64,000 nt of DNA, from the NCBI GenBank assembly GCA_026004615.1, contig BPJM01000001.1, positions 358,733 through 422,732 on the forward strand. The letters run 5' to 3'. The first letter of the stretch is position 1, and each line of letters opens with the position of its first letter. Shown in pieces: positions 20,646 to 30,676 of this stretch. The translations under genes and the position numbers were made by a program. The notes under the pieces are model-generated. The model had not been told where the DNA came from and searched no databases. It saw only the letters and a list, made by a program, of their open reading frames with translations. The DNA is from Planctomycetota bacterium (lineage in GTDB: Bacteria > Planctomycetota > J058 > J103).

Positions 20646-21471
20646 TCAGCTCGGAAGCACAGCGAGGATCCGCGTCGAACCGAAACCGATCACGTCGCAA
20701 TTCTCCAGCACCTGGCGCGTGACCCGCCGGTTGTTCACGAAGGTGCCGTTGTTGCTGTCCTCGTCGATGAGCACCACGCGGTCGCCCTCCCGCCGCACCG
20801 CCGCCTGCATCGGGGAGACCGCCTGCATCCGGGAGACCGCGCCGTCGCGCAGCCGGAAGATGTTCTGCACCCCGCGCCCGATGGTGATCGGCTGGTCGCG
20901 CACCGCGAGCCCACGCCCGCGATCCGGTCCCGCCACCACGACGACGTAGCCGTGGATCCCCGGGGAGCCTGCAGCTCCTTGTAGATCGCCCCCGGACTCG
21001 GCACCGCGTGCGCCTGCTGGTCGGGCTCGAAGCCCTGTGCGATCGTGGCCTCGGCCCAGTCGCCGCAGGCAGGGAGCGCGGCACCCGGCGCGGGGGTCTC
21101 CATCTGCGCGCGGGCAGACGGCGGGTCGCGAGGCGGCGGGAGCAGCGCCGCCCCCGGGCAGCGGCGCCGGCGCGGCGCCGTACCCGGTAGCGGCCGGCGC
21201 CGGGGGGGCCCCGTGCGCGCCCGGCGATGGACCCCTGGCCAGTGCTGGCTGCGGGCCGGCCGGCGCGCCCGCCCGCCGGCCGCGTCCCAGCGCCATCAGC
21301 GCTGCCGCCAGGACCAGGCCGCCCGCCGCGAAGCCCACCCCGATCTCCGGCCCCCGTACCAGGGGAGCCAGCGGCTCGCGCGTGGCGGGCAGCGCGAGCA
21401 GCACCAGCGCCGCCCCACCAGCCGAGGCCCGCCCCCGCCAGGACGAGTCCCGCTCCGCGTGCGATTCCCAC
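20646..21471 (-). CDS. Membrane-anchored FHA-domain protein, paralog 2 (2-3 frameshifts)
   Basis: FHA: ITIGRG, VSRMQA, DEDSNNGTFVN, DVIGFG. The pre-FHA motif lies in ORF 20735..21103; TM segments sit near 21300-21470. Confidence 0.7.
20803..20838. repeat. 18-bp tandem duplication inside FHA paralog 2
   Basis: gcctgcatcggggagacc / gcctgcatccgggagacc (1 mismatch) encodes VSRMQA-VSPMQA. Confidence 0.85.
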
Positions 21472-21534
21472 CTCCGCCCTCCGACCGCGCGCAGTCGCTT
21501 GCCCTGCGGGCAGGCGACCAACCCCGGGCCCGGG

Positions 21535-22947
21535 TCACCCCCCCACCCCCCGCGCCGCCCGACCCGGGCGTTCCACGCCCCGCGCTGCCCGCACCGGCCT
21601 GCCCGGCCGCCGCAGCGGGCGGCTCCAGCCCCAGCACCCGCGCGGCGAACCGATTCAGCAGCGTGCCGCGCGGATCGAGCCGCGCGCGGATCGCCGCGAA
21701 CCGCTCCAGGCCGGGCAGCCGGCGCCGCAGCTCGGCGTGCGGCATCGCGAACTGCTTGCCCCAGTGCGGCCGCCCGTCCAGCGCCGCCATCGTCTCCTCG
21801 AACGCCGCGAACCACTGCGCGGTCGCGCGGCCCGGGGCGCCCCCGGCCACGATCATGCAGCTCGGGCGCCCGTAGCACGGACTCATGAGCGCACGGTCGG
21901 CGGCGACGAAGCGCACCTCGACCACGAATCCCACCCGCAACCGCTCCGCCGCGATGCGCGCGTGCAGCCGCTCGAGCGCCTGCACGGTCCGCTCGCAGGG
22001 GATCGCGTACTCGACCTCGAGGTGCCGCGGCGGCATCGGGATCGTCAACACCTCGGGCGCCGCCGCCACGCGCTCGCGCGGCCGGAAGTAGGTGCGGGCG
22101 ACCAGCCGGTGGATCGCCGGGATGCGCTCCGGATGGAGCCGGCCTTGGCGCAGCAGCGTCGCGAACACCGCCGCGAGCAGCCGCGACTGCTCCCAACGCT
22201 GGCGCAGCGCGCCGCTACGCGCCGGCGGCTGCTCGGTCCGGTCGTAGCGGAACACCTGCACCACGTCGGCCTGGGGCAACCACCACAGCTTGACGTACTC
22301 GTGCTGCTCGAGCCAGCCCGCCAGGCTGGGCCAGCGCCTCGCTGAAGCCGCAGGGCGCCGCCCGCTCGCGCAACCGGAACGCGGGCACACAGGCGAGCGT
22401 GACCTGCGTGACCGCCCCCAGACAGCCCAGGTGCACGCGCGCCGCCGCGAGCAGCTCCCCCTCGCCCCCGCCCTCGCGCAGCTCGATCGCCTCGCCGGAC
22501 GGGGTGAGCAGCCTGAGCCCGCGCACGAAGCTGGAGAGGTTGCCGAGCCGCAGCCCGGTGCCGTGGGTGCCGGTGGCGATCGCGCCGGCGACGCTCTGGG
22601 CGGCGATCGAGCCCAGGTTCGGCAGCGCGAGCCCCTGCGCCGCCAGGGCGCGCACCAGCGCCGCGAGCCGGATGCCGCCCTCGACCGTGACCGTGCCGGC
22701 CTGGTGATCGATGGCGAGCACGCGGTCCATGCCGCTCGAGGCTCACCAGATGGCCGCTGGTGCAGGCGATGTCGCTCCAGGAGTGCCCGGCGCCGGCGAG
22801 GCGCACGCGCTCGCCGGCGCGCGCCGCCGCGCGCAGCACCGCCGCCAGCTCCCTCTCGTCCCGCGGCCGGTGCACCGCCCGCGGCGCGCAGCGCTGGTTG
22901 CCGGCCCAGTTGCGGAAGCGGTGGCGGCCGCGCTGCTCGCCGGCCAT
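21535..22947 (-). CDS. FAD-linked aldonolactone oxidase (ALO/GULO family), frameshifts near 22735 and 22325; 3' end approximate
   Basis: FRNWAGN, GAGHSWSDIA (covalent-FAD His), LPNLGSIAAQSVAGAIATGTHGTG, VEYAIP, VEVRFVAAD, GRPHWGK, DPRGTLLN, spread over three frames. Confidence 0.85.
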
Positions 22948-23296
22948 GATGGTCCCCCTCCGCGCACGCCTCCGATGATAGCCATCCGCCCGCCGGCCCG
23001 CCGGGCGGCGCCGCCGCGGCGTGGCGGCGCCCGGCCGGGGCCGGCCAGCAGCCGGCGCGGGTGGGCCGCCGTGCCGCCGCCGATCTCGCACACGGCGGCG
23101 GCGCTGCTGCCCGGGCAGCAGGAGCCGAACCGGAGCGCAGTGGGCCTCCTCCGCTTCGGCGGGCCGGCGCGGCATCCGGCCGGCACCGCCCTCGGCCGTG
23201 CGCTCGCCGTCCCGGGCCCGGCTCCGCCGGCACCGCCCTTCCCCCGGCGCCCGGCGCCGCTAAGATGGCCCCTTCTTTGGGAGCGCCACCAGCCGC

Positions 23297-24786
23297 ATGA
23301 GCCGCCAGCACGAGCAGGCCGAGCCCACGAGCAGCGCCACCACCGCGCCCCCCGCGCCCGCCGCCACCGGCGGCACCGCGCCGCCCGCGCTCCCGCCGGG
23401 CGAACCCGGGCGCAGCCTCCGCCACTCGGTCTGGGACGGCTGCGCGCACGCGGTGATGCTCGGCTGCGGGGAGGCGTACCTGGCGGCGTTCGCGATCTTC
23501 CTCGGCGCCGGCGCCCTCGAGCTGGGGCTGCTCGCCTCGCTGCCGCTGCTGGCCGCGGCGCTGGCGCAGCTGCTGACCGTGGCGCTGCTCGATCGGCTCT
23601 CGCGCCGCCGGCCGCTGGTGCTCGCTCCGGCGCTGGCGCAGGCGCTGGCCTGGGCACCGATGGCAGCCCTGCCACTCGCCCTGCCCGCCTGCGGCCCGTG
23701 GCTGCTCTTGGGAACGGCGCTGCTGTACTTCGCGCTCGGGGGCCTGATCGCCCCGGCGTGGAACTCCTGGATCGGGGACCTGGTCCCGCCCGCCGAGCGC
23801 GGCTCGCTGGTTCGGCCACCGCGACCGGCTGCGCACCATCTGCCAGCTCGGGGCGCTGCTCGCCGGCGGCGGCATGCTCGCCGCCGGCCGGCGACTCGGA
23901 ATGGAGGCAGCGGGCTTCGCCGCCGCCTTCGGCACCGCGCTGCTGGCGCGGCTGGTCTCCTCCTGGCACCTGGCGCGCCAGTTCGAGCCCCCCTATCGCC
24001 CGCCGGTGCACACCGAGCGGTTCGGCTTCCGCGAGTTCTTGCGGCGCGCGCGCGATCCCGCAGAGCAACTTCGGCCGCTTCGCCCACTACCAGGCCGCGC
24101 TCATGGTCGCCACCCACCTGGCGGCGCCGTTCTTCTCGCTCTACATGCTGCGCGACCTCGGGTTCAACTACGTGGCGTTCACCGCCGCCGCCACCGCCAT
24201 GGTGCTGGCCCAGGTGCTGGTGCTGCGGAGCTGGGGCCGGCTGGCCGACCGCTTCGGCAGCCGGCGCATCCTGGCGGTGTGCGGGCTGGTGGTCTCGCTC
24301 ACGCCCTGGCTGTGGCTGATCTCGCCGCGCCTGGAGGCGGTGCTCTGCTACCAGGTGGTGAGCGGGGTCGGCTGGGCGGGCTTCAACCTCGCGGCGGCGA
24401 ACTTTCTGTTCGACAGCGTGAGCCCTCCCAAGCGCGCCCGCTGCGTCGCCTACTCCTCCATCCTCACCCATGCGGGGGTGCTGGCCGGCGCGCTGCTGGG
24501 CGGGGTGCTGGCTCCGCTGGTGCCGCAGCGGATCGCGCTGGGCGGCTGGGAGCTGGAGCTGCGCTCGCCGCTGCTGGTGTTGTTCGCGCTGTCGGGGGCG
24601 CTACGGCTGGCGGTCTCGCTCTACTACCTGCCGCGCATCCGCGAGGTGCGCCCGGGCGTGGAGCCCTCCACCCACTGGCAGGTGATCTACCACGTGACCG
24701 GGCTGGCGGCGATCCGCGGGCTCCGGTTCTCGATCTTCACCGGCAACGGCGGGCCCGCGCGGACTCAGAACCACCACTCGGCCTGA
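23297..24786 (+). CDS. MFS transporter, frameshifts near 23808 and 24057
   Basis: SLRHSVWDG, PAWNSWIGDLVP..RG, APFFSLYMLRDL, WGRLADRFGSRRIL, GWAGFNL, spread over three frames. Confidence 0.82.
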
Positions 24787-26420
24787 AAGCCGAACACCGC
24801 GCTCTGGGCGTCGGGCTCGCCGGCGAGCCGCCGGCTGGCGATCAGGCGCGCGCCCCGGTCGAGCCAGCGGCCGCCCGCGAACGCATACAGCGCCGGGCGC
24901 GCGTACGGACCGCGCCCGGCGGCCACCCCGAGCAGCACCGTCAGCGAGGCGAGCTGGCCGAACTCCTCATCCCCCGTCTCGGGGAAGATGCCGTTGGGAC
25001 GGCGTCCCTCCCACACCCCCTCCAGTCCGAACCGGAACCACTCGCCGAGGTAGACCTCCGGCCGCAGCGCCAGCGCGAACTGGTCGTGGTCGTCGCGATC
25101 CGCGTTCGGATCGGCGTCGATGAACCGCTGCCAGTACCCGCCCCAGTGCAGCCCCCACCAGCCGCCGAAGTGCGCCCCGCCGGCGGCGAGCCGGAGCTTC
25201 CAGGCCTCGGTCACCGTCAGGTCGGTGTCGAAGCCGAACGGCACCTCCAGCTCGTCGAACGCCCCCAGGCCGCGCATGTAGGTCGCGAACAGCCGCGCGA
25301 AGCTCTGCGGTCCGTACTCCAGGCCGATCTGCGCGCCCAGGAGCCAGCCGTGGTCATCGGGCAAGCGCTCGGTCTGGACCCCGTCCGGCAGCCGCCGCCT
25401 GGCCGCGGGCACGAAGGTGAACTCCCCGTGCGCCTTCACCAGCCAGCCGCCGCCCGGCTCCCAGCGCCAGGTCGCCGAGGCGGTGAGCCGGTTGCGGTCG
25501 AGGAACACCGCCTGCCGGACCCCGACCGCGTCCTCGAGCGGGATCTCGATCCGCTGGAAGAAAAACGGCGGCTCGCCGGCGGTGAGCCGGTTGAAGCCGG
25601 CATGCAGCTGCAGGCGGTGCTGCGCGGCGAGCTGCCAGGCGACCCCGCCGCCGAGCGTGTTCTGGTCGTCGAGCGGCCAGAAGTCGAGCAGGTAGATGTC
25701 GTCGCCGCGGTACATGCGCGCGCCCATCCAGAGCGCCAGCCGCTCGGTCGGCGTGATCTCGGCGAACAGCTCGCGGATCGCGATGCGCGCATCGAAGTCC
25801 GCGTCGAAGGCGAAGATCTTCTCGTCGGCGGCGACCGTGGTCTTGATGAGCACCGGCAGCTCGGCGATGCGGTCGCGGTAGAAAAAGTGCAGCTCCTGGT
25901 AGGAGAGCTTGGACAGCCGCGGGCGGAAATCCACGATGTCGAGCAGCGGTGCGCCGTCCAGCTCCTCGTCGACGAGCAGGCCCGCCCGGCCGTACGAGCC
26001 GAAGCCGAACCGCGAGGCCGCCGGCGGCTGGATCTGCGGCCAGGCGGACTCCAGCAGCCGCGGCGGCGGGGGCGGCACACCGGGCTGCGCCTCGGGAAAG
26101 GGCGAGGTGTCCGCGCCGCGCCCGGGCGGCGGTGCCGGCCGCTCCGCGGGCGGGGGCTCGCCCGGCGCGGCGGCTCCCGGCGGGCCCTCGCCGCGCCGCA
26201 CCCGCGGCACCAGCGGCTCGAACTCGGTGCCGCACTGCGGGCAGACCAGCTCCAGCGCCCCGACCGGCGCGCGGCACTCCGGGCAGTAGAACCCCGGCGC
26301 CTGGGCCGCGCGCGAGCCGGCGGCGGCGGGCGCAGCCGGCTGCTGCGCCTGGAGCGCGCCCGCTGCCAGCAGGCACAGGATCAGCGCGAGGCTGCCGCCT
26401 CGCAGGGGCATCCGGCCCAT
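24765..26420 (-). CDS. Maltoporin/LamB-like carbohydrate porin with an N-terminal zinc-ribbon motif
   Basis: Signal peptide; CPEC-x10-CPQC; FGSYGRAG; LWMGARMYRGDDIYLLDFW; YARPALYAF; C-terminal FGFQAEWWF beta-signal resembling LamB; located in a maltodextrin locus. Confidence 0.75.
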   Translation of the reverse strand: MGRMPLRGGSLALILCLLAAGALQAQQPAAPAAAGSRAAQAPGFYCPECRAPVGALELVCPQCGTEFEPLVPRVRRGEGPPGAAAPGEPPPAERPAPPPGRGADTSPFPEAQPGVPPPPPRLLESAWPQIQPPAASRFGFGSYGRAGLLVDEELDGAPLLDIVDFRPRLSKLSYQELHFFYRDRIAELPVLIKTTVAADEKIFAFDADFDARIAIRELFAEITPTERLALWMGARMYRGDDIYLLDFWPLDDQNTLGGGVAWQLAAQHRLQLHAGFNRLTAGEPPFFFQRIEIPLEDAVGVRQAVFLDRNRLTASATWRWEPGGGWLVKAHGEFTFVPAARRRLPDGVQTERLPDDHGWLLGAQIGLEYGPQSFARLFATYMRGLGAFDELEVPFGFDTDLTVTEAWKLRLAAGGAHFGGWWGLHWGGYWQRFIDADPNADRDDHDQFALALRPEVYLGEWFRFGLEGVWEGRRPNGIFPETGDEEFGQLASLTVLLGVAAGRGPYARPALYAFAGGRWLDRGARLIASRRLAGEPDAQSAVFGFQAEWWF

Positions 26421-26488
26421 GGGGTGCGCGCCTCGCCCGTGCCCGCTCCGCCTCTCTGCCTTCCAGCCCGGCGCGCCGCGCGCGCCCG

Positions 26489-28681
26489 CTAGCGCCCCGC
26501 CAGGTCGAACTGCGCCAGCACCCAGGCGCCGGCGCCGAAGCCCACCATCGGCACCTCGCCGGCATAGGCGCTGGAGTGCTCGTCGTACAGCTCCGGGATC
26601 AGCCCCGCGTTGCGCACCGCCTGCGCCGTCACCCACTCGAGCAGCTGCGCGGCGCGCGCGCGCTCGCCCACCCGCGCGAAGGCGCTCGCAACCCGCAGGT
26701 CGATCACCACCCACTCCTGCCGGTCGTACCAGTTGTCCGGGCCGTAGCTGCGCGCATCATCGTTGCGCAGATAGCCGGGCGAGCGCAGCGGCCAGGGCCT
26801 GAGCCAGCGATCGAGCGCCGCGAGCGTGCCGGTGGCGAGCGGGGAGTGCGGCGGCACCACCTCGAAGTTGATCGCCTCGACGGCGCTCCCATCCATGGCG
26901 TAATCGATCCCCAGCCGCCGCTCCTCCACCGAGCCGGCGATCGCCTGCTCGCCGGCCATGACCAGCTCGCGCACGATCCCCGCCCGCAGCCGCGCGGCCG
27001 CGTCCCGCCAGCGGCTCTCCAGCTGCGGCTCGCCCATGCGGGCCGCCATGCGCGCGGCGTGCTCCAGCCCGTGCGCGGCGCAGATGGAACTGTAGGCGAA
27101 CTGGCGGGCACCGTCGGGCGAGCCCGGCGCCGGGTAGAGGTGCCGCTCCCAGATGGAGCTGTCGGCGCGCAACAGATCGTTGGGCTCGATCAGCCCGAGC
27201 AGCACCTCGGCGATCCCATCGCGCACCGCCGGCCAGTGCTGCTGCAACAGCGCCGGATCGCCGCCCTGCTCCAGATACGTCCCCAGCGCCCACAGCACCA
27301 GCCCGAAGTTGTCGAGCTCGATGTTGGGGCCGTTGCCGTTGTCATCCGACTCCTCGGTGCCGTCCCCGTAATAGCGCGCCACCGAGATCCGGTACGGCCG
27401 CCCGATCCAGCCCTGGTACTGCCCGGCGCGCCCCTCCAGCATGAAGCGCAGCCCGGCCTGCGCCTCTTCGAGGTGACCGGCCGCGGCGAGCGCGGCGATC
27501 GCGTAGCTGGCGTCGCGCGGCCAGCAGATGTTCCACTTGCCGGGCGGCAGCGAGGCGAGCAGCTGCCCGCCCCAGGGCGCCGGCTCGCGGCACTGGCCCA
27601 TCTTGAGGATGGCGGTCGACTGGCGGAACACGCGCAGCTCGTCCGCCCCCAGCCCCCGCGGCAACCGCTCGCGCGCGTGGAAGGCGTCCCACCAGCGCCG
27701 CTCGCGCGCGAGCAGCTGCGGCGGATCGAGCCCGCCGGCGAAACCCGCGGCCTCGGCCCGCAGCGCCGCCTCGTCGCCGTCCTCCCGCAGCGCGATGAGC
27801 ACGCCCCACCACGCCTCGGCGCCGGGCGCGAGCGCGCCCCCGGCCGCTGCTGCGAGCTCGCGCTCCAGCCCGCACACCACCCCGTCGGCGTTCAGCGGCC
27901 AGCTCCGGTCGGGCAGCGGCATGCCCGCCGGCACCAGACCCTGGGGGTCATCGGCGCTGCCGGCGGTGGCGATCGCCCAGCCATCCAGCCCGCCCAGCGC
28001 CTGGTAGATCACCCGGCGGCCGGTGCCGGTGCGTCCCTCCATCACGAAGCCGGCATCCTGGAACGCCCATTCGGCGCTCGCATCGGCCCCGCCCCCCAGC
28101 GCGAGCTCGGCGCGCAGCACCAGGGCCCCACCGCTCAGCGGCGTCCCGCTCTCGTTGACGGCGCGCACCAGCAGCGCCACCGCGTGGCGCGCGCCTTCCA
28201 TGGGCGCGAAGGCGTAGGTCTCCAGCCGCAGTCCGGCTGCGCGCTGCACCGCGTAGGCGATGCCGGTGCCCTCCAGATAGCCCCAGTCGGCGAGCGGCAC
28301 CGCGCTCAGCCACTGCCCGCCCGCCCCGGTGCGCACTCCGAACTCGACCCGCCGCGCGAGCTCGGGCACCGGCTCGCCGGGCCGCCGCACCGCATACAGG
28401 TGCGGGCGCAGCACCGTGAGCGCGCGGGCCTGCAGATCGTAGGCCGCCGCGGCGTAGCCGTTGGACAGGGCCAGCGCCTGCAGGCTGGTGCGCGCCTGGT
28501 AGCCGGCGGCGGGTCCCGGCCGGGGGTTGCCGACCGCCGAGCCGCTGCCGCCGCCGCACCCGGCGGCCCACGGCGCGCCCACTGCGGCCAGGACTGCGCT
28601 CGCCACCGCCAGTGCAGGGCGGAGCGCCCGCCGCGCCGCGCGCCGCCGCCCCGCCCCCAGCCCGCTCGCCGGCCCGCGCAT
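26489..28681 (-). CDS. GH15-like glucoamylase ((alpha/alpha)6), lipoprotein
   Basis: Lipobox-like WAAGC; CWPRDASY, ELDNFG, DSSIWERH, GLIPELYD, VPMVGFGAG. Confidence 0.8.
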   Translation of the reverse strand: MRGPASGLGAGRRRAARRALRPALAVASAVLAAVGAPWAAGCGGGSGSAVGNPRPGPAAGYQARTSLQALALSNGYAAAAYDLQARALTVLRPHLYAVRRPGEPVPELARRVEFGVRTGAGGQWLSAVPLADWGYLEGTGIAYAVQRAAGLRLETYAFAPMEGARHAVALLVRAVNESGTPLSGGALVLRAELALGGGADASAEWAFQDAGFVMEGRTGTGRRVIYQALGGLDGWAIATAGSADDPQGLVPAGMPLPDRSWPLNADGVVCGLERELAAAAGGALAPGAEAWWGVLIALREDGDEAALRAEAAGFAGGLDPPQLLARERRWWDAFHARERLPRGLGADELRVFRQSTAILKMGQCREPAPWGGQLLASLPPGKWNICWPRDASYAIAALAAAGHLEEAQAGLRFMLEGRAGQYQGWIGRPYRISVARYYGDGTEESDDNGNGPNIELDNFGLVLWALGTYLEQGGDPALLQQHWPAVRDGIAEVLLGLIEPNDLLRADSSIWERHLYPAPGSPDGARQFAYSSICAAHGLEHAARMAARMGEPQLESRWRDAAARLRAGIVRELVMAGEQAIAGSVEERRLGIDYAMDGSAVEAINFEVVPPHSPLATGTLAALDRWLRPWPLRSPGYLRNDDARSYGPDNWYDRQEWVVIDLRVASAFARVGERARAAQLLEWVTAQAVRNAGLIPELYDEHSSAYAGEVPMVGFGAGAWVLAQFDLAGR

Positions 28682-28713
28682 CGGGACCTCCCCCGTTCGC
28701 CGGAAGGAAAGCG

Positions 28714-28741
28714 ATTATATGCCGGCGGTGCGGGCTGTAAA
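28714..28741 (-). promoter_or_regulatory. Sigma70 promoter TTTACA-N16-TATAAT for the GH15-porin unit
   Basis: Perfect -10 and 5/6 -35 in a GC-rich context, about 30 nt upstream of ATG 28681. Confidence 0.7.
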
Positions 28742-28777
28742 CCGCCCCGCCGTCTGGCCCGCGGTGATCCTTGCCGG

Positions 28778-28805
28778 TTGCACCGGCGGGCGGGCGGAAT
28801 AAAAT
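28778..28805 (+). promoter_or_regulatory. Sigma70 promoter TTGCAC-N16-TAAAAT for the amylase-ABC operon
   Basis: Back-to-back with the minus-strand promoter; RBS GGAGG precedes ATG 28853. Confidence 0.6.
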
Positions 28806-28852
28806 CTGTCTCTTCTTCGCAGGCAGGGGGTCTTCGCCTGGGAGGTGCGGCG

Positions 28853-30676
28853 ATGGGGCACGCGACGGCCGGTGCCAGCGGCATGGCCAGGGTCCGGGCC
28901 GGGGCGCTCGCGCTCGGGGCCGCGCTCGCGGCGGCGTGCCCGCTCTGGCTCGCGGGCTGCAGCGGCGGCGGGGGCGGCAGCAGCGCCGCGGGCGCGCGCG
29001 TGCGCGCCAACGCGGATCTCGACTGGCGCGATCAGATCATCTATCAGATCGTCACCGATCGGTTCGCGGATGGCGATCCCAACAACAACTGGAACGTCGA
29101 CCGGACCGCGCTCGGCCGCTACCAGGGCGGCGACTGGGAGGGGATCATCCAGCGCGCCGACTACCTCGAGGCGCTGGGCGTGACCGCGGTCTGGATCAGC
29201 CCCCACGTCAAGAACGTCGAGATCGATGCGGGGGTCGCCGGCTACCACGGCTACTGGACGCAGGACTTCCTGGCGACCAACCCCCACTTCGGCGATCTGG
29301 GCAAGCTGCGGCAGATGGTGAACGTGCTGCACAGCCGCGACATCCTGGTCATCGCCGACATCGTGACCAACCACGTGGGGCAGCTGTTTTACTACGACAT
29401 CAACCTCAACGGCCAGCCCGACGAGGCGCTGTACGGCTCGGGACAGCCCGGCTCGCCGATCAAACGGGTGACCGAGTACGACCCGGACTGGGACCCCAAC
29501 GGCATCCAGGCGCAGGTCGGCCACCAGCGCATGGGCCCGGCGCCGATCCGCTGGCTGCACGTGCCCGCGATCAACCGCGTGCCGCCCCAGCCGCCCGAGT
29601 TCCAGAACCCGGAGTGGTACCACCGGCGCGGGCGGGTGGTGCCGGATGCGAACGGCAACTGGCCGCTGGATCAGGTGCTGCTCGGCGACTTCCCGGGCGG
29701 GCTCAAGGATCTGGCGACCGAACGCCAGGACGTGCGCGAGGCGCTGGCGCGCGTGTTCGCGGAGTGGATCCGGCTGGTCGACTTCGACGGCTTCCGGATC
29801 GACACCCTCAAGCACGTCGAACACGGCTTCTGGCGGTACTTCTGCCCGCGCATCCGCGAGGCGGCGCGCCAGCGCGGCAAGCACAACTTCTTCATGTTCG
29901 GCGAGGCATTCGACGGCGACGACGTGCTGGTCGGCAGCTACACCCAGCACGACATGGTCGATGCCGCGTTCTACTTCCCGCAGAAGTACGTCGCCTTCGA
30001 CTGGGTGATCAAGCAGGGGGGCCCCACCCGCGCGATCGAGGAGCTGTGGGCGCGCAAGAGCTTGTACGGCCAGAGCCCGCAGCCGGGCGGGATCGGGCTC
30101 GCGCCGGCCGAGATCCCGGTCAACTTCATCGACAACCACGACGTGCCGCGCTTTCTGGCCGGCGAGCCCGACGACACCAGGCTGCGGCTGGCGATCGAGT
30201 TCCTCATGTGTATCCCGGGCGTGCCGTGCCTGTACTACGGAACCGAACAGGGCTTTCGCGGCGCGGGCGATCCGGCCAACCGCGAGCGGCTGTGGGACAC
30301 GGGCTATGACACCAGCCACAGCCTGTTCCGCCACATCCGCCGGCTGATCGATGTCCGCAAGGCGAACGTGGCGCTGCGGCGCGGGGATACGCTGGTGCGC
30401 TGGTCGACCACCCGCACCGGCGGCGAGGAGGATGCCGGCATCTTCGCCTTCGAGCGCCGCCACCCCGCGCAGACGCTGCTCTACGTCATGAACGTCAACT
30501 CCGCCAAGGCGAGCCACACCGCGTTCCAGGGCGGTGCCATGCAGACCTCGTTCGCGGGCGGCACCGTGCTCGTGGACCTGCTCGATCCCGGCTACACCGT
30601 CGCCGTCGCCCCCGGTGGCACCGCCGTGGTCGAGGTCCCGCCGCTGCGCTCGCGCCTGCTCGCGCCCCGGCCGTGA
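28853..30676 (+). CDS. GH13 alpha-amylase family lipoprotein
   Basis: Lipobox LAGC; IYQIVTDRFADGD, YHGYW, DIVTNH, GFRIDTLKH, FGEAF, FIDNHD, LYYGTEQ. Confidence 0.93.
   Translation: MGHATAGASGMARVRAGALALGAALAAACPLWLAGCSGGGGGSSAAGARVRANADLDWRDQIIYQIVTDRFADGDPNNNWNVDRTALGRYQGGDWEGIIQRADYLEALGVTAVWISPHVKNVEIDAGVAGYHGYWTQDFLATNPHFGDLGKLRQMVNVLHSRDILVIADIVTNHVGQLFYYDINLNGQPDEALYGSGQPGSPIKRVTEYDPDWDPNGIQAQVGHQRMGPAPIRWLHVPAINRVPPQPPEFQNPEWYHRRGRVVPDANGNWPLDQVLLGDFPGGLKDLATERQDVREALARVFAEWIRLVDFDGFRIDTLKHVEHGFWRYFCPRIREAARQRGKHNFFMFGEAFDGDDVLVGSYTQHDMVDAAFYFPQKYVAFDWVIKQGGPTRAIEELWARKSLYGQSPQPGGIGLAPAEIPVNFIDNHDVPRFLAGEPDDTRLRLAIEFLMCIPGVPCLYYGTEQGFRGAGDPANRERLWDTGYDTSHSLFRHIRRLIDVRKANVALRRGDTLVRWSTTRTGGEEDAGIFAFERRHPAQTLLYVMNVNSAKASHTAFQGGAMQTSFAGGTVLVDLLDPGYTVAVAPGGTAVVEVPPLRSRLLAPRP

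Noticed and set aside
25949-28852. Apparent 1575-aa giant amylase (also 1071-aa archease and 1258-aa antiporter)
   Set aside because: The N-terminal extensions are stop-free shadows overlapping opposite-strand genes; the real starts are 28853, 37915 and 57668.
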